Counted from the first letter of the stretch, positions 39,860-52,779 are shown. The stretch: 64,000 bases of DNA from Octopus bimaculoides (GCF_001194135.2 NC_068998.1:26606942-26670941); one strand, 5' to 3'. The notes: generated by a model from the letters alone, not told the origin. Numbers and translations are program-made.

Positions 39860-40310
39860 TAGGATAGGATATGACATAGATAACAAGAGAAAGAGACCCA
39901 AGAGAGTTGAGTGTACCTGTGTGGAGGTGGTACAAGATCAGCTATTTTTGAAGAGCAGAGGATGCTATAGTAAGGGTAATGGAAAAGGCAGAGAGAGGAG
40001 ATAATACAACCATGGACTAGAGATCAAAAGAAATTGATGGAGGATTCCATAATAATCAGCAAGTGTATTTTCTTCAAATGCAGTCTATGATGTATATGTG
40101 TGTGTAGCAACAGCACCAGACCATATTAAGGAGTAGTACTCCATGGTGAATCACACTTGAGATTCATAAAGTAAAGCTAATAATTCATGGATGAAGATGG
40201 ATATATTTTCTGGGTAGTCTTTGAGATGCAGCTCTTGCATTGTTGATGATGTGCATTCTCATCATCACTGAGAAAAAGTCTTCAGCGATGATGAGGAAAC
40301 TTTGACTGTT
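39860..40310 (+). pseudogene. Possible highly decayed RTE reverse-transcriptase relic
   Basis: Fragments GYD (cf. KAYD), EVVQD (cf. VVQDMY), GGFHN (cf. GLHQG) and IVDD (cf. FADD) occur in the expected order, with stops and frameshifts. Confidence 0.25.
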
Positions 40311-40705
40311 TTATTTGCATGTAATTCGTGTTGAAGGTGAGTGGGACATCGACTGGATGATGTAGGAAAAAAATGTTATTGTACTTTTGAAATGTTCTAA
40401 ATATTTTTGTAGCATTTACATGTAGCATTCTCTTTTATAAATATAACAAGCTATAGCTCTATGTTATATGAGTTTATGCATGTTATTCAGAATTTCCAAT
40501 CTGATATCAGGAATTTATCTAGTTGTGGTTTTTTGCTTTATTTTGATTACTAGAAAAGATTTCCATATCCTCTAAATGAACTTCATCTTTTCATTTGACA
40601 GGACAAATTAATTTCAGCCTTCCCAAATGCAAAACATTGTATATTCATCAGATTTGCTCTGAAATATGCTTAAAACTCTTGTTCATAGACTAGGACTATT
40701 GATGA

Positions 40706-40785
<80 letters not shown>

Positions 40786-40820
40786 TCTCCCCCACCCCTC
40801 TCTCTCTCTCTCTCTCTCTT
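40706..40820. repeat. (CA)n and (CT)n microsatellites
   Basis: Direct reading. Confidence 0.95.
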
Positions 40821-41444
40821 ATATAGAAATAACTAATTACAAATTTTAAAAAATCATGATGATAGTTATGATTCTGTTTTGAAACAAGACCCACAAGATA
40901 AATTAAATTTCTAGGCTTTTTTGTTGTGTATCTGTGTTCATGTATGCATAATAAATTTTTGGTATGTATAATATAAAATCATTCAATAAGTTTGATAAGT
41001 TGATGTTTGATGACTGACTTTTCAAAATGATTACAAGATTTGGGTAGTAGTAGTATTTGGGTAGTAGTAGTATAGTAGTAGTATAGTTCCAAGAGAGGAA
41101 AATAAATTTCAGACACATCAATATTTAATTTGTCAGTAAAAGTTTTTGTTCAGTTACCATGAAACACTGTTTGTTTTTCATCTCATAACTTGCAGTTACC
41201 ATTATTTTTTTAACTAACATTTGAGAATATAAATTAATATAACTCACAAGAATCTGATATGCTTCTAAACTCTTCAAGTTGAGTGTGAGACTACATAGTC
41301 AAAGAAAAAGCTGAGAAAGTGTCAACTGACAATTCTTGAAAATTAATTTTGCTGAGTTTTTACAGGAAAGGAATTGCAACAGGATTTTTAAGAATTTGAG
41401 AAAGCAGATTGCTGCTGTCATTATTAAAAATTTAAAAAAAGCAT

Positions 41445-41658
41445 TGAACTGGCAAAATCATTAACTTGCCAGGCAAAATGCTTAGTGGCATTGTATCCGT
41501 CTTTACATTCCGAGTCCAAATTCTGCTGTGGTTGACTTTGCTTTTCATCCTTCCAGGGGAAATAAAATAAATGCCATTTGAACACTAGAGTCGATGTAAC
41601 CAACTTGCCCGCTCCCCCGAAATTGCTGGCTTTGTGCCAGAATTTGAGACCATTATTA
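41445..41658 (+). mobile_element. SINE family B, near full-length
   Basis: GAACTGGCAAAATCATTAAC...GCTTAGTGGCATTGTATCCGTCTTTACATTCCGAGTCCAAATTC...GAAATTGCTGGCTTTGTGCCAGAATTTGAGACC. Confidence 0.9.
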
Positions 41659-42171
41659 AACGTTTCTAAAATCACTGCAAATTGACTGGATGATGATTGT
41701 TGAATAATAACATTTTTGGCAGCCAGCCAAGTCAATAGAATTACCAGAAGACAACTAAAACATTCCAGTAATAGTAAAGACAGGCAGGAAACAGGAAATT
41801 TATTGTCCTTAGTCGAAACACTTGCAACTCCTTACAGCTAGGAATTCACTGTCATAAGCAACAGCTACAGCAGTGGCTCCAGTGCTCTAGAGCTAACAAA
41901 TATTTCATTGATTTGCAATGCTGTTCGGTTCATTCAGAAGAAAAATCTGCATAGTAAATCTATGAAAATTTCTGTTAAGGCAACAGTGAAACATAAACCC
42001 CCATCTAAATCCTTGAACTAAAAAACAAAGATGATTAATATCTTGCCATACTTAATCAAATAAAAGTCGTTATCATTAATTATTATGATTCCAAAGTCTC
42101 TTCATCTCTCAGGCTAGACCCTTATATATTTCATTTTTCTCAATTTCCTTGACATCCACTATGCTATCATA

Positions 42172-42174
42172 TAG

Positions 42175-42228
<54 letters not shown>

Positions 42229-42385
42229 TACATTCTGAGTTTAAATACTGTCAAGATCAACTTTGCCTTTCATCCTTTCGAGGTTAATAAAACTAGTACT
42301 AGTTGAGCACTGGGGTTGATATAATTGATTTACCATCCCCTCCTCTGAAATCACTAGCCTTGTGCCAGAGTTTGAAACCAATATA
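42172..42385 (+). mobile_element. (ATT)n tract followed by SINE family B 3' part
   Basis: (ATT)n at 42172-42229, then TACATTCTGAGTTTAAATACTG...GAGCACTGGGGTTGAT...CCTTGTGCCAGAGTTTGAAACC. Confidence 0.85.
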
Positions 42386-43907
42386 TGTGCATTGTTTCTA
42401 TTGAAATAAACTATTGAGGTTTACAATCGATGTCAGAAAGACATATTTGGTTCAAGTATCATCCAGCATACTATGTTGGCAGGAAATTCAATGCATAGAA
42501 ATGTATCTATTCCTATTGGTTCCTACATTAAAAAAAGTACTGAGCATCAAGTGAGTGGAAATCTGTAAGTTTGGTTACATAAATTAGTTATTATTTCTTC
42601 ATGATTGAAATCACTGATAATTGTAATGTACAGAACCACTGAGATACAGCAATAAACTCAGAAACTGATAATTGTATTTCATGCTGCTGTTTAGCCCTAT
42701 TTCAGCCCTCACTAAGCAGACCTATCATCAAAAGTGTTTCATCTGGGACCCTCCTGTCTTTTTTTCCATGTGCAAGAAACACAGAACCACATTACTAATG
42801 TATCATTTTTTTCAAGATTTGAGTGAGATTTAGTTGCTATTTCTAACAGTTTGAATGATTGCATAAAGATGCCTTTGTTTGCAATATTTTCTACAAACCA
42901 AAGCTTCTCTATATATCATATATCAATCTTTAGTCTTTTGAGACAGAAAAAGAGAAATGCGAAAAATATTGAAGGAAAATTAATTAATATTTATACTCAT
43001 CACTTTGGTTTGCTTCATATAAGTTATATAATTAATTTATGAAATAGATTTCATAAGATATTGTTTTCACTAGATGCAAGAAGATAATATGTAATGTAAA
43101 GACTTAGATAAATGTTCATATTAAGTTTTTTGTTAATTTATTTAGTCTCATTAATGAATTGGTCACAAGAGTGAACTTACTAAAACAAAATTAAGTTTAA
43201 ATTCAGTAGTTATTCTAAATATAAAATGAAGATATTTGAAAATGATTTGAAAAGTAATATAAATCAAAATGATTATATATCTGACTTGTTCATATAAAAT
43301 ATGAAACTTATAAATTTCTAAGAGGGTAAAGTTATTCAGCTACTATTCACACAATGAAGCAGATCTTTTTTAGCTCATCAAGACATTCACCTAACAAGAG
43401 AAAGGCAATCAGACTTTTGAGGGGGAAATCTACTGGTGTTAAAACTTGCATTACATCCCCTGAGTTACGGCCTAATTTACTTCATTCTCTGTAACCGAAA
43501 ATGAAGGACTTTGAAAAGATCAATCTACACTAATATTCTACCTTCAATATCTATTCTCTTCCTCATTAATCTGTAATCTATTATCTATTATCTCTTCAAA
43601 AGAAAGAACCTTGGGATAATTGTTACAATCTCTTTATATCATTTATCAATTGTAAGTTCATTTGTTTCTATCGGTGCATTCAAAAAGTCATTAAAATCTA
43701 CAGAATCATAAAAAATTTCTTTTTCCCTTAATTCCATATTTAATTTTTTTTTTTTTTTTAATTTTGATGTAATATTTATTTGAATTGTAGAACTTAATTA
43801 GATGAAATGCTTTAAACTTTTTCTGTATAGGTTTTTTTCACAACAAAAACTAAGTTTTTCTTTTTTTAATTAATACTTCTCTTTCTTTTTTTTTTTCTTC
43901 TTTCCAG

Positions 43908-44153
43908 CAGATGATAAACTATTAATAAGGCCTCATCCTATGACAGTGAAAGAAGGACAGTCTTTCAAATTAGTCTGTGAATTACACTTAGAATCCATGT
44001 CAAACCTCCTAAAAAATGCTTTGGTTTGGAAACATAACAATGAAAAGCTGACCTTCAATGAAAGGGTTGAAGGAGAATTCAATGAAACCTACAAAGTGAA
44101 CACCACTGTTGTTATAACGCCTATAGTTTATACTTCAGAACTGGAAATTTTAA
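43908..44153 (+). CDS. IgSF protein exon: Ig domain strands A-E
   Basis: Long polypyrimidine tract with TTTCCAG|CAG (NAGNAG) acceptor and A|GTAAGT donor at 44154. 246 nt, phase 1-1. Reads DDKLLIRPHPMTVKEGQSFKLVCELHLESMSNLLKNALVWKHNNEKLTFNERVEGEFNETYKVNTTVVITPIVYTSELEIL, with V.EG...L.C, W and SEL.I motifs. Confidence 0.88.
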
Positions 44154-44469
44154 GTAAGTACCCTTTTCTTATAATTCTTTCTTAATTGATTTTATTGATA
44201 ACAGTCTGTTTGCATTGCTACCATGTGATTCTGGGTATTTCTCCCACTCATAATGCAGTAATGATCACAAGTGTTTTATATAATATTAAAGAGGGTTGCT
44301 GGATAAGGTTGAAACAATGCAATAAGACATAAAGTAATCTACAAAAAGGAAAGAAAATCTCTTTTGTAGTCTACTTTGTATCTTCTTGCATTCTTGCATA
44401 GTTCCAGCGCTACCCAACAAGTCTCTTCAATGTAATATCACACAAAGCTTCACCAAAACTACTCCATTC

Positions 44470-44590
44470 TAAATTAAAGATTTGTGAGTAAAATTTGGTA
44501 GACAGAAAGTGTGCAGAAACCCATCAGAGGTATGTATACATATGTATACAGAGATATGTATACATACATTTATACACATATATAAATGAT
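44470..44590 (+). mobile_element. SINE family A fragment plus its (TA)-rich tract
   Basis: AAAGATTTGTGAGTAAAATTTGGTAGACAGAAAG...AAACCCATC, then a TATG/TACA-rich run into which the mariner inserted. Confidence 0.55.
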
Positions 44591-44593
44591 ATA

Positions 44594-45798
44594 TCAGGTC
44601 ATCCCATAAGTTCTGTCCGAATTTTGAATAAAGAAAACAAGTGATCAAATGTTATATTTAATTGAAATTTAATCATCAATGTACTTTCCCTGATTATCTA
44701 TGACTTCCTTCCATCTATTACAAGCTTTTTAATCCTATCAATGTAAGACTCTTTTGGTTTCAAAGTGAAGAACTCTAAAATTTCAGTTTCGACTTCCTTC
44801 TGGTTTGCAAAAGTTATGTCCCCCAAATGATTCTGTAAACTACCAAACAAATGGTAGTCGGAAGGAGCAAGGTCAGGAGAATAAGGTGGATGATGAATTT
44901 TTTTCCCAACCAAGCTCTTCGATCTTCTGTGATGTGATCTTTGCAGTGTGGGATCACTCATTGTCCTGATGAAACATCACTCCTTTTCGATTCACTAAAG
45001 CGGGTCTTTTTCCCTTCAAAGCTTGGTTCAAACACTCTAATTGCTGACAGTAGACTTGAGCATTGATTGTGGTTGAGCTTTTTCCCTTTTACCAAGCCAC
45101 TGTTTACAACGTTTAACATTTCGATAGAAGATCCATTTTCCATCACCAGTCACAGGTCTATCCNNNNNNNNNNNNNNNNNNNNNNNNNNNNNNNNNNNNN
45201 NNNNNNNNNNNNNNNNNNNNNNNNNNNNNNNNNNNNNNNNNNNNNNNNNNNNNNNNNNNNNNNNNNNNNNNNNNNNNNNNNNNNNNNNNNNNNNNNNNNN
45301 NNNNNNNNNNNNNNNNNNNNNNNNNNNNNNNNNNNNNNNNNNNNNNNNNNNNNNNNNNNNNNNNNNNNNNNNNNNNNNNNNNNNNNNNNNNNNNNNNNNN
45401 NNNNNNNNNNNNNNNNNNNNNNNNNNNNNNNNNNNNNNNNNNNNNNNNNNNNNNNNNNNNNNNNNNNNNNTGCAAACCATCTTCTGCAAGTTCTTTCATT
45501 CAAGCATTCTTTCCCATAAACTGAGTGAATATTTCAAGTCGCTTCGGCTGCAGAGTTTCCTTTTTTGTACTCATAAAGCAATATGTGCCTTAAATGCTCT
45601 TTGGATACTTCCATGTTAGAAAGGGTTTTAATCAAAGAAATTTTAATTCTATTATTCTGTAAAACAATATTTAATTAGTTTAAATGTACACAAATGCATA
45701 AAAATAATTTTTAATTCCATTAGACATTCTAAAATACCATTAGATTTCATTCAATTTTTAAAAAGGTAAAATCGGACAGAACTTATGGGATGACCTGA
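44594..45798 (-). mobile_element. Mariner DNA transposon, complete termini
   Basis: Perfect 27-bp TIRs TCAGGTCATCCCATAAGTTCTGTCCGA (44594-620 and 45772-798) and TA TSDs at 44592-93 and 45799-800. Confidence 0.96.
44669..45614 (-). pseudogene. Mariner (DD34D) transposase pseudogene
   Basis: ATG at 45614: MEVSKEHLRHILLYEYKKGNSAAEAT*NIHSVYGKECLNERTCRRWFA (HTH), gap, TGDGKWIFY, HPPYSPDLAPSDYHLF, C-terminal RWKEVIDNQGKYIDD* after a 1-bp deletion. Contains an in-frame stop and frameshifts. Confidence 0.92.
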
Positions 45799-45819
45799 TA
45801 CATATGTTTTGCATTAGTG

Positions 45820-46125
45820 AAGAGGTGTGGCTTACCAGTTAAGAGTATTCAGTTCATGTTCATAAGGTCATGTGTTTGATTCCCTGCAACACTTTGTGTC
45901 CTTGAGCAAGACACTTTATTTCACTTTGCTCCAGTCCACACAGCTGGCAAAAATGAGTTGTATTGTATTTCAAAGGGCCAGTTGTGTCAAATTCTGTGTC
46001 ACTGAGTCTCCCTGAAAACTATGTTACGGTTATACATGTCTGTGGAGTGCTCAGCCACTTTCACATTAATCTTACAAGCAGGCTATTTCATTGATCAAAT
46101 CAACTGGAACCCAACGGATTGCCAC
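45820..46125 (+). mobile_element. SINE family C copy
   Basis: TTCAAAGGGCCAG...GTCTGTGGAGTGCTCAGCCAC...GATCAAATCAACTGGAACCC matches the reverse complement of 51151-51535. Confidence 0.88.
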
Positions 46126-46484
46126 TTTTTTTTATACATATATATGTACATGTGTGTGTGTGTGTGTGTGTGTGAGTTTTTATGGTGACTGCAACTTGAT
46201 TTCGAGTAATGGCATCATTTGATTGTTCTCTTCAAACATGAACATCACAGATGTGGCTTTTCAGTCCTGCTAGAGTCTTACAATCTTATACAAACATGAC
46301 AATAATGTACACCTCTTGCAGTAGTTTCTGTAATAGCGTTTTAGCGTATTTTCATATATGTTACATATGTAAGTTTCATATAACATTTCAGTCTACTTTC
46401 TGATGCACATTTTTTCCACACTCCCTGCAAATAGGGGTGCCATATAATGAAGGCATTGTTAATAACAATCTTTGTGTGTGTGTA

Positions 46485-46925
46485 TGTTTGTGACTTTTCT
46501 GATAACTTCTAAAGCCTAACATACTTATACAGGCTTGCCCACACTCATTACATGTTAAATTGGGCTTTATACCAATATGCACAAGCAAATTCACATCAAA
46601 ACCCTTACAAATATCTCTCTTGTGCTGTTATTTCTCGATGCTATTGAATTCAAATTCCCTCTTTTCATCATGCAATGCTTTCCTCTCTACTGAGCAATCT
46701 AAAGTGAGATTTGTCCATCCATTTTCTAAGACTTTGACTTTCCTCAGTGTACTGTTGATGGCAATCTTTATACCTCAATTTTGGCTTGTATGCTAGTCTA
46801 TTGCCCTGGGTTAACTCACTATAAAAATTGCTTAATGTACTGATCATTTTCCCCTTGACCACATAATCACTCCTGCATAATGAGCACTGAACTGCCATGG
46901 ACTCTATACTGGTAGACTTCATTTG
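46485..46925 (-). pseudogene. RTE-clade LINE ORF2 C-terminal relic
   Basis: - strand: TSIESMAVQCSL..DYVVK (cf. SIEA....LRW.GHV.R), YSELTQGNRL..KPKLRYKD (cf. YGEL..GKR..GRPKLRYKD), frameshift to WTNLTLDCSVERKALH (cf. W..LA.DR..WR..V), and terminal C..CG..C.S..G..S...H knuckle. Confidence 0.78.
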
Positions 46926-47194
46926 AGGGCTTTCATATGTTTGCCATTGGTTAAGTATGCAGTAGAGACAGTTGGTGAAATTGCTCCAGCTTTACTCTAT
47001 AACTATCGTAAGTAATCCAGGTTTCACACATTTCTAGCAATACAGACAAAATGCAAATATTGTATATATATACACATTGTATATATATACACATTGTATA
47101 TGTATGTATATATATGTATGTATGTATGCATATACATACATATGTATGTATGTATGTATGTATGTGTGTATGTAGGTAGGTATGCATGTATATA

Positions 47195-48950
47195 CAAGAA
47201 TCACTTGCTTTACAGGAGTAATGCATTCCTGAAAAAGTTTTGTCATAAGGCAAAATTAATTTTCCTATTGATTTTTATGTTACAAAGTGATAATGCATTT
47301 TGATGGATTTTTCGAAAGAAAAACAACAGAAAAAATGCAGGCAACTTGAATAACAAAAATCAAGTAGCTCAACCACTTTTATGCATGAAAATAATTTCGA
47401 AACATAAAATGTACAATATTTATGCATAAAAAGATTTGAAGAGAAATACCTTAGAGAATAAACTAGCAATCATAATATTGTAATAGGGAATGTCCTTACC
47501 ACAAGAGATGTTGACTACCATGTGAAGGATGGTGATGGTGGACTGAGAGTTACTGGGAGGATGAAGGATACTATCTTCTAACTCCTACTTCATCATTATC
47601 TGCTTCTACTTGAGAGACAAGGAGCTTGTGCAAAATTGTTTGATGTTTATGGCACATCATTTCTGTACATCTCAGTGTAGGAATTAAGCTAATTGTAAAG
47701 CCCTCTTGTAATCATTCATGATTAGGGTTGTTATTAACAAAACGTTGCAAACCTTATTTCACAAGTGTCATACTTTTAGCAATATTCTTTGCAGTCAAAT
47801 TAAGTGAAGTTGAAGGAGTTTCTTTATTCTCATCTCTATTCTCAGCTAGCGTTTGTTCTAACAGCATCGATTCCTTGTTTGATGTACTTTCTGTATGGGA
47901 TGCTTACAACTCAACTACACCATCTTCTATGATTTATTCATATTCTCTATCTTTTACAAATGCCTCAATAACTTTATGAATTTCATTTAGACTTACTACT
48001 TGTAGAAAACCTGTAAATTCACAAATATAGTTTAGCCATATATTTTTCCAATCTCCATTCAGACTTGAGGATTTCACTTCATTCCCTGAGTCTGCCATAT
48101 TATCCATAGCATCCATTATATTGAACTTCTTCCTGACATCATTTGCTCTGAGTTTATCCTCCTTGTTAATTTCTTTCTTGAGTTATTTAAGTTCTTGTCA
48201 GACAATATATCTTGAAATTAACCATCACATCAGTATCCATTGACTGAAGTAAAGAAGTTGTATTTTTGGGAGTGTATTTCACTCACACTATCAGAAATCT
48301 CATTTAAATCCACTGGGCAGCTTGCTGCATTGTCTAAAAAAAGTAATACTCTGTTGGATATATCATTTGGCCCTATATATTTCTACAGCAGGACACAAAA
48401 ATGCTTATAAACCACACTTTGAAAAGTCGCTTAGTTACTTCATGACTTCTTACTTGAATGTCAAATCTGAGATGAATAAGATTTGTTTAACTCTTGGAAG
48501 GACTTTTAGTGATACAGGAATAAGAGCTTCAGTTCCATATTACTAGTGGCATTTCCTTCCAGAAGCATCAGACGATTTTTGGATGCTTTAAATCATAATG
48601 TTGATTTTTCTTCTCAAGAAATAAAAGTCCTAGCAGACATGAGCCTCCACAAAATTGCAGTTTCATCAACATTGAATACTTGCTCTGCTGTGTAGCTCAC
48701 TTTAGCAATGATTGTTTTTCAGCTGTTCAGGATACTTAGTAGTAGCCTCTGTTTAAGCATTGACAGCTTCACTATTCATTCATTTTTGTTGTGCAAATTC
48801 AAATGCTTCTTAAGCTTTTCAGACTAGCTTTTATTAGTAGGGTGGGTATTTCATTACAAGTTCCAACTTAATTTCCACTGAATTGTCATACAAAATTTGA
48901 CACTTTATAAGTACCACTGTGCTAATTGGCATATTATATCAAAATCTGAT
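47195..48950 (-). mobile_element. Tigger/pogo DNA transposon relic with decayed DDE_1 transposase
   Basis: - strand: YPEQLKTII..SYTAEQVFNVDETAILWRLMSARTFIS, FKASKNRL, RVLLFLDNA, PKNTTSLLQSMD, LNGDWKNIW, with many stops. TA|CAAGAATCACTTGCTTTAC TIR-like end at 47195; the other TIR was not located. Confidence 0.9.
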
Positions 48951-49082
48951 CTTCAATCAATACACTCTAGAGCCATGCCATTTTAAATATCACATTAGAT
49001 CTATGAAAAAAAAATAAGGTCTGAACAGTCAACTGGTAACTTCTTGGGAATTTGACTTTATATTCTCTCTGGCATTCCCATA

Positions 49083-49175
49083 CTGGCACTCAGTTATGAT
49101 GACAAATGTTGCAGTTGATTCAATCAACAGAACAGCCTGCTCATGAAATTAACATTATACCCTTAACATAGTTCT
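49083..49175 (-). mobile_element. SINE family C internally deleted relic
   Basis: GGCACTC...CAGTTGATTCAATCAACAGAACAGCCTGCTCATGAAATTAAC|TACCCTTAACATAGTTCT parallels 51167-51290. Confidence 0.75.
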
Positions 49176-51114
49176 TTGAATTACAAGTACAACTCATTTT
49201 TACCAACAGGATTCAAGAAGTATAATGAAAATATAACACTGCTTACAAGAAATTGTGCTCTATTTAATATTAAGAATTACATTATGAAATGAATCCAGTG
49301 AATGTGCTTATTTCCTTTCATTTATAGTGCAAGTAGTAACCATAATCACATTAAGATACGGCAACTTAGTTTGAAATATGAGCTGGTTGATGCAGCAGGA
49401 CCACCACTTTAATGGGCCCTGAAAAGATTTGATAGCCCAAAACTGAAAGAAGCTGTTATAGGATACTAGCCAAAATGTATTTAAAACCATGCCAACAGTT
49501 AAATATGTATGTAGGTGGCAGGGTATGTGTGTATATGTGAATGTGTGTGTAATACAGTGTCTTGCTTAAGGATACAATTTTCTCTCTACTGTCACATATT
49601 TTCCACAGCAGATGTTACAAGTTTTAATGTTTTGAAAATGTGGATGATTTTCTTTTCTCTTGCATCAAGCCTTTGTGAAACATCTTTTACTGTTACTTTA
49701 CACACCCTTACCTTCAATTCCACCTGATGGCTTTGTTGTAGTCATTTTGAGTGCAGGTTAATCCAGCAGCAAGATAATTGACAATTATCAGCAACAACTA
49801 TGTAGTAAAAAAAAATAGCACCAGGAAAGAACTGCTTTGTGAGAGCAAAAAATTGTTATCTTCTTTCTGTGGAGATAAGAATAGAAATGAGGTGAAAGGG
49901 AGAGGTAGGAGGAAGTGTTATATGATTATAGTTAGTTGAAGGATTTCCATATTCATGGGCACTTTACCTTGCAACATTGTCTTGAGTCATTAAAATGCCA
50001 TACTCTATCCAAACTTACACAGGCACACAGACACACACATAATTGTATTAACATGCAACATATGTAGCTACAGGCATTGCATCAGGCTGATTCTAATATT
50101 CTTGTTGTTAGTGAGTTATTCAAAAGTTGGAAGATTGACAATGGTGATGGTTGTGTTGGTTTTGCTGGTAGTGATGATGGTAATGTTGATTGTGGGTGAT
50201 GTTGGTGGTAGCCATATTGTTCTTGTTAATTGTATAGATGTTCCTGCTTAGTCTCAAGTCAATCCTTATTGACTTAAGATCAAAGACATTCCATTCAACT
50301 TTTAAAATAGAGTAAGGTTTCACATTATCTCATGTCATAGTCTTTTATTTCAAACAGTGCCACTTATCTTCTTCATACTATTGCTGCTGTTGTTATTGAT
50401 CATTAAAAAGTTGGTTAGCTGATAATGGTGGTGGTTCTTTTGGTCATGGCATTGTATTGGCATTGACTTTAGATAGTGGTAATGGTGAAGGTTGATTCAG
50501 ATAGCAAGATAGATAGTTAGATAGACAGATATTCAAGGAAAATGAAGTGAGCAAGACATTATTCCATTGATTTACAATTGTTTCATCATGATCAACTTCA
50601 TGTGCATTTCTGTATTATGCAATATGCAGCCAATGATACATGAGTTATCAGAGACACAAAATCGAAGATATTCTTCAGAATATTGCATAAAAGTTATCTT
50701 AATGGGGTAAACTCCAGGGTCAGCACTCAGAACTCAGTTATCACAGCTTTCTATCTTGATCAGTGCTCTATTTTCTGTAGAAAATAGATCTGAAACCTAG
50801 AAAATTGAAGAAAGCCATTATGGATATAAGCGCAGCAACTGAAACTAGCTCAAGATGGCTATATTTGAAAGGAAACTGGAAGTAGAACCCTGTTGTAGGT
50901 GAAGACTAGCTGAGTCATCACTTCCCCACAAAGTTTACATGCTAAGGGATACCCTTTGAGACACCTGCTGGTGATTTAGAAATGTTTCCAACATTGCAAA
51001 CGATTTAGAAGAGCTTGCAAAACTTTTGAGCAGTTTTTGCAGTTTCTGCATGGGTTAAAGATTCTCTGATCTTTATTTCACACACACACGCACCACACAT
51101 AGACATACATACAT

Positions 51115-51145
<31 letters not shown>

Positions 51146-51150
51146 TACAT

Positions 51151-51535
51151 GTTGTTGTTGTTGTTGGCACTCCATCGCTTACGACATCGAGGGTTCCAGT
51201 TGATACGATCAACTGAACAACCTGCCCGTGAAATTAACGTGCATGTGGCTGAGCACTCCACAGACTCGTGTACCCTTAACGTAGTTCTCGGGGAGATTCA
51301 GCGTGACACAGTGTGACAAGGCTGACCCTTTGAATTACAGGCACAACAGAAACAGGAAGTAAGAGAAAGTTGTGGTGAAAGAGTACAGTAGGGTTCGCCA
51401 CCATCCCCTGCCGGAGCCTCGTGGAGCTTTAGGTGTTTTTGCTCAATAAACACTCGCAATGCCCGGTCTGGGAATCGAAACCACGATCCTATGACCACGA
51501 GTCCACTGCCCTAACCACTGGGCCATTGCGCCTCG
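51151..51535 (-). mobile_element. tRNA-derived SINE family C, young full-length copy with (CAA)n tail
   Basis: - strand head GGCGCAATGGCCCAGTGGTTAGGGC...GGTTTCGATTCCC (A/B boxes), a CpG-rich body and a (CAA)n tail. Confidence 0.93.
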
Positions 51536-52306
51536 ACTACATACATACACAGATAAACAGACAGACAGGTAGGCAGAGAAATATGCTTGTATATGTATAC
51601 ATACAAATGTACTTTTTCTGCATAATTTTTGTGAATCCAAAGCTAAAATCAATGTACTTTGTTGGACGCAATGGGGATAGATTTAATCTTTTGCTGACAT
51701 AGCACCACCAAAACCTTTTTCTTAGGTATCTTTAACACATACCATTCTGTTGCAGTCATTCAAGCAAGGTCTCTAGACTGGGGATGAGATCATCCCTTAC
51801 TCTCGCAATTCATGAAGGCCCTCAAAAATGTCATAAGTACTGCTTTTCTACCTTTAAGTCATTAAACATCAGCCAGTGACATATTTAATTTATATCTCAG
51901 TCAGTTGATTCTTTTAATGCTTTTTTTTGTCTCTTTTTTAACTTTTGTTACTGGAGATTTTGTTCCTGCAATCTTAACAAACAATCAAATAGGATATTTT
52001 ATTTGCTAACACTAACTTCATGAATCATCATAAACATTCTTCATGCTAACTGAATGTACATTTTCCTTACAACACACTTTTCTTATGTGGTTAATTATGT
52101 TCTCTCCTGCTTGGATTTTACTTATTTCAAACATGTTGTTAATGTTAACTAATATATTATTGCAACTAATTAATGAACTGCTGAAACAAATGGAAGAGGA
52201 GTTAATTTACTTCCAGCATGCTATAACTTATACGTTTATGTGTGTGTATATATGTATATATACACAGATATAGGGCATATATGTATATTCATTTTGCATG
52301 TACCTC

Positions 52307-52352
<46 letters not shown>

Positions 52353-52779
52353 GCATACACACGTATATACACACATACACATACTCAAAAGTGAATATGA
52401 CCTTATATATATGTATCTATGTATGTATGTATGTGCATTTGTATGTACCTATCTATGTATATGTGCGTGTATGTATGTATGTATGATAATTCAGTACGAC
52501 AATGAACAATACCTAGTGGCAGTTATTTTTACATTACTAGTGAGGTTATCTTTCATCTACCTAAGATATTAATATAATGAAACTCGTAAAGGTGGTGCCC
52601 CAAGATGTCTGAAACCGGTAAAGATAAAGAAAAAAACATATTTCAGTTCAGCCCAAATTTTGCCATTGTGAGTACAAGCATGAGTGCCATGGTTCAGAAG
52701 CTGGCTTAGTTAACTGTATGATCCTAGCACTCTGGGGTAAATTTCTTCTATGACCTTACCTGTTGGTTGATGGATATCT

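Noticed and set aside
46388-46594. C2H2 zinc-finger host gene
   Set aside because: Single imperfect finger with no tandem array, continuous with RTE ORF2 motifs and disrupted by frameshifts and stops.
51460-51535. tRNA gene
   Set aside because: A and B boxes are present, but there is no proper acceptor stem or T-run terminator and it continues directly into a SINE body with other copies.
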